Shown in pieces: positions 1 through 9,814 of a stretch of DNA of 64,000 nucleotides. The position numbers were made by a program, and so were the translations under genes. The stretch spans positions 56,847 to 120,846 of the forward strand of contig CAYGBK010000065.1 of the NCBI GenBank assembly GCA_964348095.1, given 5' to 3'. This DNA is from an uncultured Thermodesulfobacteriota bacterium. GTDB lineage: Bacteria > Desulfobacterota > BSN033 > WVXP01. The notes beneath the pieces were generated by a model. It saw nothing but the letters and a program-made list of their open reading frames with translations, searched no databases and was not told the DNA's origin. Position 1 is the stretch's first letter; the number at the start of each line of letters is the position of its first letter.

Positions 1-30
1 GATGGACAAGACCTTTTCGATTTGTCTGCG

Positions 31-702
31 TCACGAGCGTTTTATGACCTCTAGGGCTTTCACGGTCTCTTCTGGCTCCGGCCGGACGGTGTAATTAGGA
101 CTCACATCAGCAACTCGAATCGTCGAGTGTTGGTCGATGATATATCTCGCTGGCATGGGAAGGGTCCACGAATCGTCGCCATTGAATTTTTCGAGGTCCA
201 CGCCGAGCTTCATATAAACCTTTCTCAGATCGTCCGGCAATTGGTAGACCAATCCATAACGTCGGGCGACCCGGTTTCCCTCATCGCTCAACAGGTCAAA
301 GTTGAGATTCCAATTCTTGACGGTCTGACGACTGTGGCTTGTGAGTTGTGGAGAAATTGCGATCAGGGTCGCCCCCGCTGACCTGATTTCCGGCCAAACC
401 TTCTCCAGAGCTACTAGCTCTGCATTGCAGTAAGGTCACCACATGCCTCGATAGAAGGTGACCACCAAAGGCCCTTTGGCAATTAGATCTTTGGCGCTGA
501 CGTGCTTGCCCTCTGGGTCAGGGAGCGTGAAATCTGGAGCCTGATCTCCCACCTTTAGAGCCCCATCGACGATGGGTGAATTGCGGAGGTCTTCTGTGGC
601 CCTGTGCATGACATCGATCATCTCCTGACTCACCTTGTCGTATGGTGGGGTGTGCGATTCAAAACGGGCTTTCATTGCGTCGAGCTTTTCTTGTAGAGAC
701 AT
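31..702 (-). CDS. Peroxiredoxin-like (AhpC/TSA, Prx-like2 type) selenoprotein; in-frame TGA at 436-438 read as Sec in a U-P-Y-C motif
   Basis: ORFs 436..702 and 31..291 share one frame (702-291=411). My hand translation of 292..435 has no stop other than the TGA. The joined product reads ...VVTFYRGMW-U-PYCNAELVALEKVW..., the W-C-P-x-C redox site of Prx-like2 thioredoxin-fold proteins. A SECIS-like hairpin follows. Confidence 0.8.
399..435 (-). promoter_or_regulatory. Candidate bacterial SECIS element of the Prx-like selenoprotein gene
   Basis: Minus-strand RNA directly after the UGA is CCUUACUGCAAUG-CAGAGCU-AGU-AGCUCUG-GAGAAGG. It has a perfect 7-bp upper stem (406..422) and a CCUU/AAGG lower stem. 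Confidence 0.6.
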
Positions 703-737
703 CTGTTTATCTCCCTAATCTGTTCCTCGACGCAATC

Positions 738-1913
738 TCAAATCAAATGGGTCGAGGTTTCGTCCCGGTGTTTCTTGAGATAATTCATGAAAGGCGTCCC
801 ACCTGTGCCAATTTCGGTTGGATTCGAGGCACGCTGCTGGCTTTGCTTTTGGATGTACTGTCCGGCATATTCGAGATGCCTCGTCCGGAAACGATCAATC
901 AACCGGACACATGTATTGTATTTATCCCGCAGGGCAGGGTATTTTCCAGTGTTCTCAGCGACATAGGGACGATATGACGAACCACGCTCAATGGCTTCAA
1001 CAAAATCGCGGTCCTTGGGTGGCATGTATTCACGCATCTCCATGAGGTACGTTCGCAGTGGATCATCTCTGTGCACAATGCCGAGCGCGGCATCGAGAGA
1101 CGGAATAATCGAGCTCTGGGCACCTGTCTCTCCCCTGAACTTCTGGGGTTTCCCGTTGTACTCTTCTACGCCTTCGTAAATGAGTCCTTCTGGAAGTCCC
1201 GGATTATCTTTCCAGCCGTGGATGTATGGCCGCACCCGCCTGTAATAGATATAGGGGTCACAGTTCTCGGGCATCCGGTCCAGCGTCTGGCAGATTGCCT
1301 CCAGGGAAGATGAGATCGTGGCCAAATGGCGTTCTAGGGCAGCGGCGTCTCTCTTTTTCACAGCCAGTTGTCCGGGAATTAGAGACGATAGGGCGGGGGC
1401 AGCCTTGGCTTCTATATCAACGTGTACGAGGATGAACCATTCCTCATCCAGCCCGCCGAGAAAATTCTGTGTGAGGGAGATGTTTCCAAGGGTTATTGGA
1501 CCGTCAGAATCAAACCTTGTCCAGTTGTTCAGGGCATAGGATGCGTAGGACAGCACGGGGGGCCGGCCAAGCTGCTTTGAGACTTCATACCATGGCACGG
1601 CAAGTCGCTTGGGGATGACAGATGGAGGATCGGGCGTGCCCCAGACATAGGCGTGTCCAAGATAAGAGAGAACCACCATAGCCCGCTCAAATTCACCATG
1701 GTCCGCGAGTTTGGATACCTCAAAAGGTGGCAGACTCCCCACGATCTGCCTGATCCTGCCGGTGCCGAGTATCTTCGGGAGGTTCTTGGCTGTGTCTTCC
1801 CATCTATCGAATGCTCCAGGGAGTCGCACAAGGGGATCTTCTCGAGGCAGAAAGCCTCGACTCAGATCGAATTGCACGGCGTCACGATTTTTTTCGAGGG
1901 ACTGCGCTCTCAT
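738..1913 (-). CDS. Indoleamine 2,3-dioxygenase (IDO) family haem dioxygenase
   Basis: 391-aa ORF with the IDO-type region ...KPQKFRGETGAQSSIIPSLDAALGI... Length and overall pattern fit bacterial IDO homologues. Confidence 0.8.
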   Translation of the reverse strand: MRAQSLEKNRDAVQFDLSRGFLPREDPLVRLPGAFDRWEDTAKNLPKILGTGRIRQIVGSLPPFEVSKLADHGEFERAMVVLSYLGHAYVWGTPDPPSVIPKRLAVPWYEVSKQLGRPPVLSYASYALNNWTRFDSDGPITLGNISLTQNFLGGLDEEWFILVHVDIEAKAAPALSSLIPGQLAVKKRDAAALERHLATISSSLEAICQTLDRMPENCDPYIYYRRVRPYIHGWKDNPGLPEGLIYEGVEEYNGKPQKFRGETGAQSSIIPSLDAALGIVHRDDPLRTYLMEMREYMPPKDRDFVEAIERGSSYRPYVAENTGKYPALRDKYNTCVRLIDRFRTRHLEYAGQYIQKQSQQRASNPTEIGTGGTPFMNYLKKHRDETSTHLI

Positions 1914-1951
1914 TGCCGATTCTCTTCTTAGAATAAACCCATCCGCGCTCT

Positions 1952-2443
1952 TCAGCCGATTGTGCAGGTGGCCAGACCTCGTTTTTCAAGGTACTGCTGA
2001 TGATACTCTTCCGCTCTGTAAAACTGCGACGCGGGGGTGATTTCCGTCACGATCTCGCTGTTGAATCGACCGGATTCTTGAAGGCGATTCTTTGAAGACT
2101 GCGCCGAAACCCTCTGCTCATCATTGTGATAGAAAATCGCCGACCGATACTGGGTGCCCACATCCGGCCCTTGTCTGTTCAGGGTTGTTGGATCGTGATT
2201 CTCCCAGAAAACCTTCAGAAGGTCATCGTAGGAAACCCGAGCAGGATCATACAGGACCTCCACGACCTCAGCGTGTCCGGTCCGGTCCGAACACACGTCT
2301 TTGTAGGTCGGATTTTCTAGTGTGCCTCCCATGTACCCAACTGAGGTCGACACAACCCCGGAGACCCGTCGAAAGGCCGCCTCGATCCCCCAGAAGCAGC
2401 CTGCTCCGAAAGTCGCCTTTTTCATTTTATCGTTGGTTTTCAC
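1952..2443 (-). CDS. msrA: Peptide-methionine (S)-S-oxide reductase
   Basis: 163-aa ORF with the MsrA active-site motif GAGCFWG near the N-terminus and a typical MsrA length. Confidence 0.9.
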   Translation of the reverse strand: MKTNDKMKKATFGAGCFWGIEAAFRRVSGVVSTSVGYMGGTLENPTYKDVCSDRTGHAEVVEVLYDPARVSYDDLLKVFWENHDPTTLNRQGPDVGTQYRSAIFYHNDEQRVSAQSSKNRLQESGRFNSEIVTEITPASQFYRAEEYHQQYLEKRGLATCTIG

Positions 2444-2814
2444 GTCAAATGCTCCATTGGATACCTTGAACAGTCCTTTTAGTGATAGAACCCCCTGTGC
2501 AACGATTGGCGCAGGGATCCACGTCGTTGATTGCCGTCACAACGATCGTGAGAAGGGACCTTCTAATCTAGTTTAGTCTGGTGGAGATGCCCTCTGCAAG
2601 AGCCCCCAGAAATTGTAAGACAGGGAGAGACCAGAAAATTGATCCACCTGGGACACCGCTGCATGCGCAGCGTGCAGCCTCTTTGGCAAAAACCGGAAAA
2701 TTATCCTTGAGAATTGAAGACGACCGGTCTACTATACCGTCTGGTCCTGGTAAGAACCAGGAATCTAACCTTGGACTGAATACCCCTCCCACGAGGCTTC
2801 CAACGGATTCTGTG

Positions 2815-2843
2815 TTGACCCTCCCCGAGGTTTTGTGTATTGT
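2815..2843 (+). promoter_or_regulatory. Sigma70-like promoter for tRNA-Gln
   Basis: TTGACC, 17-nt spacer, TATTGT. The -10 element ends 16 nt before the tRNA 5' end. Confidence 0.4.
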
Positions 2844-2859
2844 CAATAGATAGGCCTGG

Positions 2860-2933
2860 TGGGGGATCGTTCAGTGGAAGGACAACGGACTCTGACTCCG
2901 TGAACCCAGGTTCGAATCCTGGTCCCCCAGCCA
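2860..2933 (+). tRNA. tRNA-Gln (anticodon CUG), CCA encoded
   Basis: Cloverleaf folded by hand. Acceptor UGGGGGA/UCCCCCA; D stem GUUC/GGAC; anticodon stem ACGGA/UCCGU with loop CU-CUG-AC; T arm CCAGG-UUCGAAU-CCUGG; discriminator G; 3' CCA. Confidence 0.9.
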
Positions 2934-2939
2934 CAAAAG

Positions 2940-2976
2940 AGGGTTTGGCTCAGATTGAGCGAAACCCTTTTTGTTT
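2940..2976 (+). terminator. Rho-independent terminator after tRNA-Gln
   Basis: AGGGUUU...AAACCCU stem with an inner GCUCA/UGAGC stem, followed by UUUUGUUU. Confidence 0.55.
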
Positions 2977-3094
2977 CAGATCATCCTGCCAGCATTTTGG
3001 CCATAGAGGTATTGATGGGACAGGATCTCGAGGGTGGGGCGCCGCCCTTAACCTGCTAGCGGCAGGAAGAATATCCGGTTAGCGTATGCGCCTT

Positions 3095-3883
3095 TTAACC
3101 GTGAAGGGACTTGAGCATATCCTTCACCGACACGTCCGGGTGATGATAGCGTTCGTACTTTGGCGTCTTCTTTCCGTACTGGATCGCCTCCTGGGGACAC
3201 CATTGGAGACAGGCAAAGCACTGCTCACATCGGTGCGACCAGGAGATCTTGCCGTCTTGGATTTGAATGTTGCGGGCTGGACATATCTTCTCGCATACCA
3301 GGCATTGGTCGCACTTCTCATCTACCCAGAAGCTCTTATCCATGCGCCGGATCAGATGAACAAGGATTCGGTTGAGTGGGGTGAAGAGGATATGCTGCCA
3401 GAGTGGCCCCTTTTCAAGGGGGGGGCTTTCCTGGTTGCGAACGACCTGAGCGATTCCTAATACTTTTTCCCGTGCCTCATCGAAACGTCGATGCTGTTCC
3501 TCTTGTGGGCCTGGACCTCCCCACGGAATGTAGTTGGATGGCATAATCACCGAAAAACCGGCAGAAAGGGAGATCCCTCTCGCAGACAAGAGATTCCGGA
3601 CCTGGAGGAGACTGTTTACCACCTGCCCGGCATTGACAGCCACGGCGAAAACATAGGTGGAAGGAGAAACAGGAAACTCCCGAACAAAATCCACGATCCG
3701 GGGAGGAAGTCCCCAGATATGCACCGGGAAGACAAGACCGATCCCATCTGCTTGCGGGACCTCGGGGTGAGTGTTTCCACCCACAATCGAAAGCAGCGTG
3801 GCGTCCTGGAGCTCCTGAGCTATCAACCGGGCGACCCAGAGCGAGTTACCCGTGCCGGTATAGAAGTAAAGGACGCTCTTCAT
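3095..3883 (-). CDS. Flavodoxin-like plus 2x[4Fe-4S] ferredoxin-domain protein (EFR1-family-like)
   Basis: N-terminal LYFYTGTGNS flavodoxin-type motif. C-terminal motifs CDQCLVCEKICP and CEQCFACLQWCP. Confidence 0.7.
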   Translation of the reverse strand: MKSVLYFYTGTGNSLWVARLIAQELQDATLLSIVGGNTHPEVPQADGIGLVFPVHIWGLPPRIVDFVREFPVSPSTYVFAVAVNAGQVVNSLLQVRNLLSARGISLSAGFSVIMPSNYIPWGGPGPQEEQHRRFDEAREKVLGIAQVVRNQESPPLEKGPLWQHILFTPLNRILVHLIRRMDKSFWVDEKCDQCLVCEKICPARNIQIQDGKISWSHRCEQCFACLQWCPQEAIQYGKKTPKYERYHHPDVSVKDMLKSLHG

Positions 3884-4164
3884 GAATGCCCTCCAAAGGA
3901 ACTTGGAATCGTTTTGTCTCGCCCCCGTCCGTCTGGGAGTCTTTCAATTCATAATCTAGATCGTTGCATTTTTCAAGGGGCGCAGGGCTGGTTATCACGC
4001 CGAGGCCGAGGGATTACAGAGGGGCGATTGGGGATTTGAGAGATAGAAAGAGATGAGGTCCTGAGCATAGGCTCTTGGCAATCGCGATCATACAATATTA
4101 GCGTCGTAATCCCGCAACCGGGGTGTTACAATGATTCGTCACTACATTCTCCAGGAGGTGGTAT

Positions 4165-4659
4165 ATGGGCCCTTCATTTCGTCAGCAGCTCAATGAGCTC
4201 AAAGACCAGGTCGACGCCATGGTGGACGCGCTGCTGCAATGCAGTGATGAGGATCTGAACCGACCTCTAGAGTTGGACTTCAAGGGAAGAAAGTTTCGAA
4301 CGAGTCTCCGGGCGGCCACCAGGTACACCATCGAGGAATATCGCGTCCATGAGGGGCAGATCGGAGGGGATCAGTTCAACACCGAGATGATGAGATCAGG
4401 CAAATCAACAGGTGATATCGTGGCACTCACGCCATACGACCGGAAAGAGGCGGCATGGCTTGCCGCTGAGCTCTATGTAGCGGCCGCGTCGCTCATTGCT
4501 CGATGTCTGGGCTATCCCGAAGAGCTGGTAGACGAACACCCCAAAGAGGGAGAATGGTCCGTCCGCGAGGTTATCGAGCACATGATCCACATGGAAAAAT
4601 CGGGAGAATGGAGTCTTCAGCAGTTGGTTGCCCTGGGACGGGGTGAGATGATGCCATAA
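4165..4659 (+). CDS. Hypothetical helical protein (DinB-like guess)
   Basis: 164-aa ORF preceded by a GGAGGTGG RBS. Conserved-looking His residues (VHEGQ, EHMIHME). Family assignment is uncertain. Confidence 0.5.
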   Translation: MGPSFRQQLNELKDQVDAMVDALLQCSDEDLNRPLELDFKGRKFRTSLRAATRYTIEEYRVHEGQIGGDQFNTEMMRSGKSTGDIVALTPYDRKEAAWLAAELYVAAASLIARCLGYPEELVDEHPKEGEWSVREVIEHMIHMEKSGEWSLQQLVALGRGEMMP

Positions 4660-4861
4660 TTCTGGGATGTGAAGGGGTGGAAGAGGATTCTCGATCGTCC
4701 GGGATCCGGACTCTCGGGCCTTCGATGACGCTGCGACCCCACCTGCATTAAACCGTCGCCTCCAAAAGAGCGAACCAGGTATATCGTTCTGTCTTGGCGT
4801 GCCATAGTCTGGGGGTGAAAAGGTTTGATCTCTATCCGATTGCCCGGACGATTGCTGCCGA

Positions 4862-6562
4862 TTAACCCTTCTCCTTTTCCTTGATCCTGGCCCAGGCATC
4901 TCGTATGGTGGTGGTCCGATTGAACACGAGTGAATCATCTGACGAGTTGACCGGATCGACGCAGAAATAGCCGAGCCTTTCGAACTGGTAACGGCTTCCT
5001 GGCGCCGCGCCTGCCAGACTCGGTTCCACATGGGGTGCCGTGAGCGTTTCAAGAGAATTCGGGTTGAGATAGGTCGTAAAGTGAGTGCTACCCTTCTCCA
5101 TGTCCGGGTTTGGAACTGAGAAGAGTCGATCGTAGAGGCGCACTTTTGCCGGTATTGAATGAGCCGCTGACACCCAGTGCAAGGTTGCCCTGACTTTGCG
5201 CCCGTCTGGTGCCCATCCCCCCCGCGTCTCGGGATCATAGGTACAGTGCACCTCGACCACGTCACCGGTCTTTTTGTCTTTGACGACGCTTGTGCATGTG
5301 ATGTAGTAACCGTAGCGCAGCCTCACTTCACGACCGGGAGCCAACCGGAAAAACTTCTTCGGAGGTTCCTCCAGGAAATCGTCCTGTTCGATGTAAAGGA
5401 CACGAGAAAAGGGGACCTTCCGTGATCCCCTGCTGGGGTCCTCCGGGTAATAGGGCGCGTCGAGCTCTTCGGTCTGTTCTTCCGGGTAGTTGTCAATGAC
5501 AATACGCAGTGGACGCAGCACCGCCATGACGCGAGGCGCACGACGATTGAGATCTTCACGGAGGCAATGCTCGAGCAGTGCGATATCGACGACACTATCC
5601 CGTTTTGCCACGCCGATTCGGTTGCAGAAGTCCCTGATCGATTCTGGTGTGTACCCTCGTCTTCGGATACCGGCGATTGTTGGCATCCGTGGATCATCCC
5701 ACCCGGTAACGTGTCCTTTTTCCACCAGTTCGACTAGCCGTCGCTTGCTCAAAACGGTGTAGCTTAGATTGAGACGGGCAAACTCGATCTGCTGGGGATG
5801 GGAGTCGACATTCAAATGGTCGAGAACCCAGTCGTACAGGGGGCGATTGTTTTCAAATTCGAGCGTGCAGATAGAATGTGTGATTTTCTCAATAGAGTCT
5901 GAAAGGCAGTGGGTAAAGTCGTACATGGGATAGATGCACCATTTGTCGCCCGTTCTGTAATGAGGGACCTTTTTGATCCGATAGAGGGTCGGATCTCGCA
6001 TATTGATATTTGGCGAGGCCATATCGATTTTGGCGCGCAGGACATGGGTACCCTCCTCAAATTCACCTGCCCGCATGCGTTCAAACAGGTCCAGGTTCTC
6101 TTCGACTGACCGATTTCGATATGGACTCTCCTTGCCCGGTTCGGTCAAAGTGCCGCGGTATTGTCTGATCTCTTCCTGGCTCAGACTGCACACATAGGCG
6201 TTTCCATTCTTGATCAACTCAATCGCGTAAGCGTAGAGTCGATCAAAGTAGTCCGACGCATAGAACAGCCGGTCTTCCCAATCGAATTCAAGCCATCGGA
6301 CGTCTCCTTTGATCGATTCCACATATTCAACATCTTCACCGCTTGGGTCGGTATCGTCGAATCGCAAGTTGCAGGTGCCCTTGTATTGGGCGGCGATCCC
6401 AAAATTGAGGCAGATCGACTTGGCATGTCCGATGTGGAGATATCCGTTGGGTTCCGGTGGAAACCGGGTAGCAACTCGACCGTCATTCTTCTTCGCCCTC
6501 AAATCATCGTCAATAATCTCCCGGATGAAATCTGTTCGGGGGGTGGGATCCCCACTGGTCAT
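4862..6562 (-). CDS. glnS: Glutamine--tRNA ligase (GlnRS)
   Basis: HIGH motif [14 protein letters not shown] and KMSKS-like VLSKRRL; N-terminus [12 protein letters not shown] resembles E. coli GlnRS. The ATG at 6562 is preferred over the ORF-track start at 6610. Confidence 0.9.
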   Translation of the reverse strand: MTSGDPTPRTDFIREIIDDDLRAKKNDGRVATRFPPEPNGYLHIGHAKSICLNFGIAAQYKGTCNLRFDDTDPSGEDVEYVESIKGDVRWLEFDWEDRLFYASDYFDRLYAYAIELIKNGNAYVCSLSQEEIRQYRGTLTEPGKESPYRNRSVEENLDLFERMRAGEFEEGTHVLRAKIDMASPNINMRDPTLYRIKKVPHYRTGDKWCIYPMYDFTHCLSDSIEKITHSICTLEFENNRPLYDWVLDHLNVDSHPQQIEFARLNLSYTVLSKRRLVELVEKGHVTGWDDPRMPTIAGIRRRGYTPESIRDFCNRIGVAKRDSVVDIALLEHCLREDLNRRAPRVMAVLRPLRIVIDNYPEEQTEELDAPYYPEDPSRGSRKVPFSRVLYIEQDDFLEEPPKKFFRLAPGREVRLRYGYYITCTSVVKDKKTGDVVEVHCTYDPETRGGWAPDGRKVRATLHWVSAAHSIPAKVRLYDRLFSVPNPDMEKGSTHFTTYLNPNSLETLTAPHVEPSLAGAAPGSRYQFERLGYFCVDPVNSSDDSLVFNRTTTIRDAWARIKEKEKG

Positions 6563-6606
6563 GTTCGCTGTTCCATTTGTTTCTTGGAGATCTCTGTTAC
6601 GCCTTC

Positions 6607-7089
6607 TCACGTATCTCCTCCACCTTTGTGTTGGACACCGGATGCCTTTTCCACAGATGCAATCACTTTGATAGCCAATTCTTCATCGAAGACGTTTTGG
6701 TTATCGATTCTTTTGAAACAATGAATGCCTACCCAGGTGTCTTCGAAATAGAGTTCCAAACTCGGTTTGTAGGTCGGGTGAGATCGCGACACTCTCGAGA
6801 ATCCAAGGAGTCCCCTCTCCCGCGACCACACGGTGACAACCGTGGCGTTCCAGTCTCCTTCCATGGCGACATCAATTCTTGCCAAATCCTCATAGGAAAG
6901 GTCCGTCAGAATCCTCGGAAGACCCCTCTTGCCGCCCATTGCTTTCCTGGCTAGCTCCCTTAGATAGGTCTCTATTCCCGGCGTCCTTTCAATCCGGAAG
7001 GTCGAAGGGCTGCCTTTCGAAGTCGGAGAGTATCTGCGCCACAGCGAGAAATCGCTTGTGATTGAGTGTACCTTTTTTCGAATCGTCAA
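6607..7089 (-). CDS. Hypothetical protein, start uncertain
   Basis: 160-aa ORF between the lipoprotein gene and glnS. Its 5' part overlaps the upstream ORF, so an internal start such as the ATG at 6939 is more likely. No motif recognised. Confidence 0.35.
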   Translation of the reverse strand: MTIRKKVHSITSDFSLWRRYSPTSKGSPSTFRIERTPGIETYLRELARKAMGGKRGLPRILTDLSYEDLARIDVAMEGDWNATVVTVWSRERGLLGFSRVSRSHPTYKPSLELYFEDTWVGIHCFKRIDNQNVFDEELAIKVIASVEKASGVQHKGGGDT

Positions 7090-7552
7090 ACATCGGAATG
7101 ACGGTCTCTTTTAGCTTCCCCTTAATCTGCACCCCCACAAGTGTTCCGCCACCATCCACATACTGAGGTTGAAACGTCTTCAGTAGATGGATACCTGCTT
7201 CGAGCGCCGCTGTGAACTTCTCTTTGGCAACCTCACCCGGGAATACGCTTGGTCGAACGAAATAGCGACCATTCGCTCCTTGCTTCATAATCCAGCCCTC
7301 ACGTGGTTGGATCTTGGCCTGACTGTGGCGGAATGATGCATTGGGCACCACCGTGACCTCGGATCGGCCATCCACCCAGAGGGTGAGACGACTTGTGCCG
7401 CCACCCATTTCCCACGACTGATCCTCCCAGAATATCATTTCGACACCGGACGGGACTGGTGCCGTATTGGGGTCACGGCTGCAACTCAGTAACAGGAGAC
7501 AGAAGCCGATAAGGATAATCCGTCTTTTACAACCGATCAGGATCTCCTCCAT
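6989..7552 (-). CDS. Putative lipoprotein
   Basis: From the ATG at 7552 the N-terminus is MEEILIGCKRRIILIGFCLLLLSCS, a signal peptide with a lipobox-like LLSC. Confidence 0.6.
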   Translation of the reverse strand: MEEILIGCKRRIILIGFCLLLLSCSRDPNTAPVPSGVEMIFWEDQSWEMGGGTSRLTLWVDGRSEVTVVPNASFRHSQAKIQPREGWIMKQGANGRYFVRPSVFPGEVAKEKFTAALEAGIHLLKTFQPQYVDGGGTLVGVQIKGKLKETVIPMFDDSKKGTLNHKRFLAVAQILSDFERQPFDLPD

Positions 7553-7594
7553 ACTCTGGGTATAGACACTCCCTCGCACCCGCCATCCATCGGT

Positions 7595-7783
7595 TCAGGC
7601 GCCCAGTTTCTCGATCTCTCCCTTGACCTCTTCCCACATATGGCCGTGCAGGGTGAGCTTGAGGTTACAGAAGGGGCAGATGAGGATAGCCCCCTCCTTG
7701 AACTCCTCAACGGGCCGGTCGGTGTTTTTCCCACAAACGGGGCAGGTAAAGGCGAGTTTTCCTGTTTTTTCTTTTTCATTCAT
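7595..7783 (-). CDS. Small zinc-ribbon protein
   Basis: 62 aa with two CxxC pairs (CPVCGK ... CPFCN). Confidence 0.6.
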   Translation of the reverse strand: MNEKEKTGKLAFTCPVCGKNTDRPVEEFKEGAILICPFCNLKLTLHGHMWEEVKGEIEKLGA

Positions 7784-7924
7784 CGGTAGATTTTGTCCCG
7801 TCTTCCAAAGCTACCCTAATTCGGCGTTTCTATCAACAGGGTGGTGAATCTTCAGGCAATCCTATTTCCCGCAGTCCTTTGAATCGGTGGAACCGTTTTT
7901 GCTAGGTTTTTTGGAGGCTGAAAG

Positions 7925-8365
7925 ATGGATCAGTTCAAACAAGACAGAAGAAACCGAGAGGATCGTCGCCAGGGGACGACGAAACCCATCAGTCGGTATA
8001 TTGCTACCGGCCGACGCTCTGTGATTCGTAGGGAAAGGGATCAACAAACCCATGTCTATGTCGACCGCTACGGCCATAAGCTCCTTGTCGCACTTCTCAT
8101 TATTGTTCTGCTCTCGGTCTTCGATACCTACTTTACGATCTATCACGTCGAAAGGGGAGCCCGCGAGATAAACCCCTTTATGGATTTTCTCCTTGGCTAT
8201 GGGAATATCTACTTCTTTGCCACGAAATATGTTCTCACTGCCTTCGGCATTTTTCTTCTGTGCATCTACAAGAACGTTTTGTTCGTGAGAATCATTATCG
8301 TTTCTATCATCTTCATCTACCTCACAGTCTTTAGCTATCACGTCCTTTTGGCGTTAATCAGATGA
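7925..8365 (+). CDS. DUF5658-like membrane protein with Arg-rich N-terminus
   Basis: DRRNREDRR... N-terminus followed by hydrophobic helices around GAREINPFMDFLL, which fits the G-x-x-E-x-NP pattern I recall for DUF5658. Preferred over the antisense ORF 7862..8341. Confidence 0.6.
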   Translation: MDQFKQDRRNREDRRQGTTKPISRYIATGRRSVIRRERDQQTHVYVDRYGHKLLVALLIIVLLSVFDTYFTIYHVERGAREINPFMDFLLGYGNIYFFATKYVLTAFGIFLLCIYKNVLFVRIIIVSIIFIYLTVFSYHVLLALIR

Positions 8366-8562
8366 CCTGTCCCATCGAGAGACCGAGGGAAAGGCAACTC
8401 CCTTGGTCAGGGGCCGGCAGGTTTCCCTGTTGAGGTAGGCTTCCTCGTTCCCAGAATTGAAGAGCCACCATACTACGGTTTCAATTTCTCAACACCCCAC
8501 ATGACAAACCAAGAATACAACAGCGTCACCACGAGCCACAGGTATGGATTCCAGCTTCTGGT

Positions 8563-9648
8563 CTAGGACTGGCTTGTCCTTTTGCGGTGAAATTCTCGGG
8601 CGAGGGCACAATCGTCTGCGAGAAGTTCGTCGATTCTGCCCGTAATCGCGCTGTTGCCAGCAGACTTGTAGGCTTGTAATCGATCTTCGAAGTCGGGCAG
8701 GCGGTACAGGAAACTACCGACGGCCATGTGGCTGACCCGTCTGAGGTTCATTCCGTAATCGAGCTGTGCGAGGAGAAGACCATTGAGTTCCTGCTCGAAT
8801 TGGCCTCGCATGGGCATGGCCAGGTAGGGTTTTCCCAGATACATCGATTCGGTCATGAGGGTAAATCCGGCAGTCCCCATGACACCCTTGCACGTGGCGA
8901 GGTCATAGAGGAACCCCTCCTTGCTGAAAGGTTTGTAAGTCGTGTTGCCGTCTTCACCTTGCTCACCGGAGCCGTAGACAATGAAGTGTTCCCGTTTGAA
9001 AGACCCGAGTTTTTCGAGAAATGTTTCGAAGCCCGTCGTCAGGTAGATCAAAATGTGTTCTCCCCGACGTGGTCTTAGTGAAAGGACCTCCTGACGCAAG
9101 ATAGGTGGGAAGAAGAAGGTCCGATCATTTTTCGCTTTGCCGCAGTAGAACGTCGTTACGAGAGACACATCGGGTCGTGGAACGACGGCTCTGATCACAT
9201 TCTCGGCGACGAGCTGATCTGCCATGAGATTGGTCGGGCAAGGATAGGTCATATAGCGTATCCGATGTTGATTGTCTACAGTCACAAGAGGCAAATCATA
9301 GTGATTGGCCAGGTAGGCGGTCATTGGCTCAAAGTCGGTAAAGACGCAATCAGGTCGGAATTCCTTGAAAATCTCCCTGCGCAGCGCTTGCAGCTTCTTG
9401 TGGCCTTCGGGCAGCCGTCGCAGATTATCGGTAAAGGTCTTAATGATCGAGACTCGGTTATCTAAGCTGGTGATTCGTGGCCCTTCACCCTCGAATACAT
9501 CGAAAGTGTCCTTGAGATTCTCATAGCCACGGTCATAACTGACCACTTTCACAGTATGACCGCTCTTCTCAAGGTGGGTTACCATTTCCCTGGAACGTGA
9601 TGAATGGCCCGATCCTTCGCCACAGACACCATAGACGATTCTTGCCAT
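8563..9648 (-). CDS. GT1-like glycosyltransferase (MJ1255/TIGR00661-like)
   Basis: From the ATG at 9648 the N-terminus is MARIVYGVCGEGSGHSSRS, a Gly-rich G-x-G-x-G-H loop typical of MurG/UGT-like glycosyltransferases. About 360 aa. Confidence 0.7.
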   Translation of the reverse strand: MARIVYGVCGEGSGHSSRSREMVTHLEKSGHTVKVVSYDRGYENLKDTFDVFEGEGPRITSLDNRVSIIKTFTDNLRRLPEGHKKLQALRREIFKEFRPDCVFTDFEPMTAYLANHYDLPLVTVDNQHRIRYMTYPCPTNLMADQLVAENVIRAVVPRPDVSLVTTFYCGKAKNDRTFFFPPILRQEVLSLRPRRGEHILIYLTTGFETFLEKLGSFKREHFIVYGSGEQGEDGNTTYKPFSKEGFLYDLATCKGVMGTAGFTLMTESMYLGKPYLAMPMRGQFEQELNGLLLAQLDYGMNLRRVSHMAVGSFLYRLPDFEDRLQAYKSAGNSAITGRIDELLADDCALAREFHRKRTSQS

Positions 9649-9814
9649 AGGTCCGTCCTTCTGATTCCTCTTAAGAATGCACAAAAGGTAGCCCGGAGAG
9701 ATTCGCTTCTTTCCATATCGAAGCGGCGGGTCAAATTCGACACGGGATGCCCACCCAAGGCACACCAGATCTGTCTACACAATGGACATTGATATTGGTG
9801 ACGGCTTAATGCAA

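Noticed and set aside
2444-2853. ORFs 2568..2846 (-) and 2581..2853 (+) in the 370-bp region upstream of tRNA-Gln, and hairpins there (UCCUGGU-AAGA-ACCAGGA). I considered a small gene or RNA.
   Set aside because: Both ORFs have poor composition and mutually overlap. The hairpins are short and not followed by U-runs. There is nothing I can support beyond the tRNA promoter.
4405-5265. 286-aa minus-strand ORF, and several ORFs of 60-190 aa (for example 6161..6724), overlapping glnS.
   Set aside because: These are out-of-frame or antisense shadow ORFs inside a gene with unambiguous GlnRS motifs. Their Arg/Ser/Pro-rich composition is typical of non-coding frames.
7862-8341. 159-aa minus-strand ORF overlapping the DUF5658-like gene almost completely.
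   Set aside because: The plus-strand product has the Arg-rich N-terminus, TM helices and the G-x-x-E-x-NP pattern of a known family. The minus-strand product is a charged, low-complexity sequence. Some uncertainty remains.
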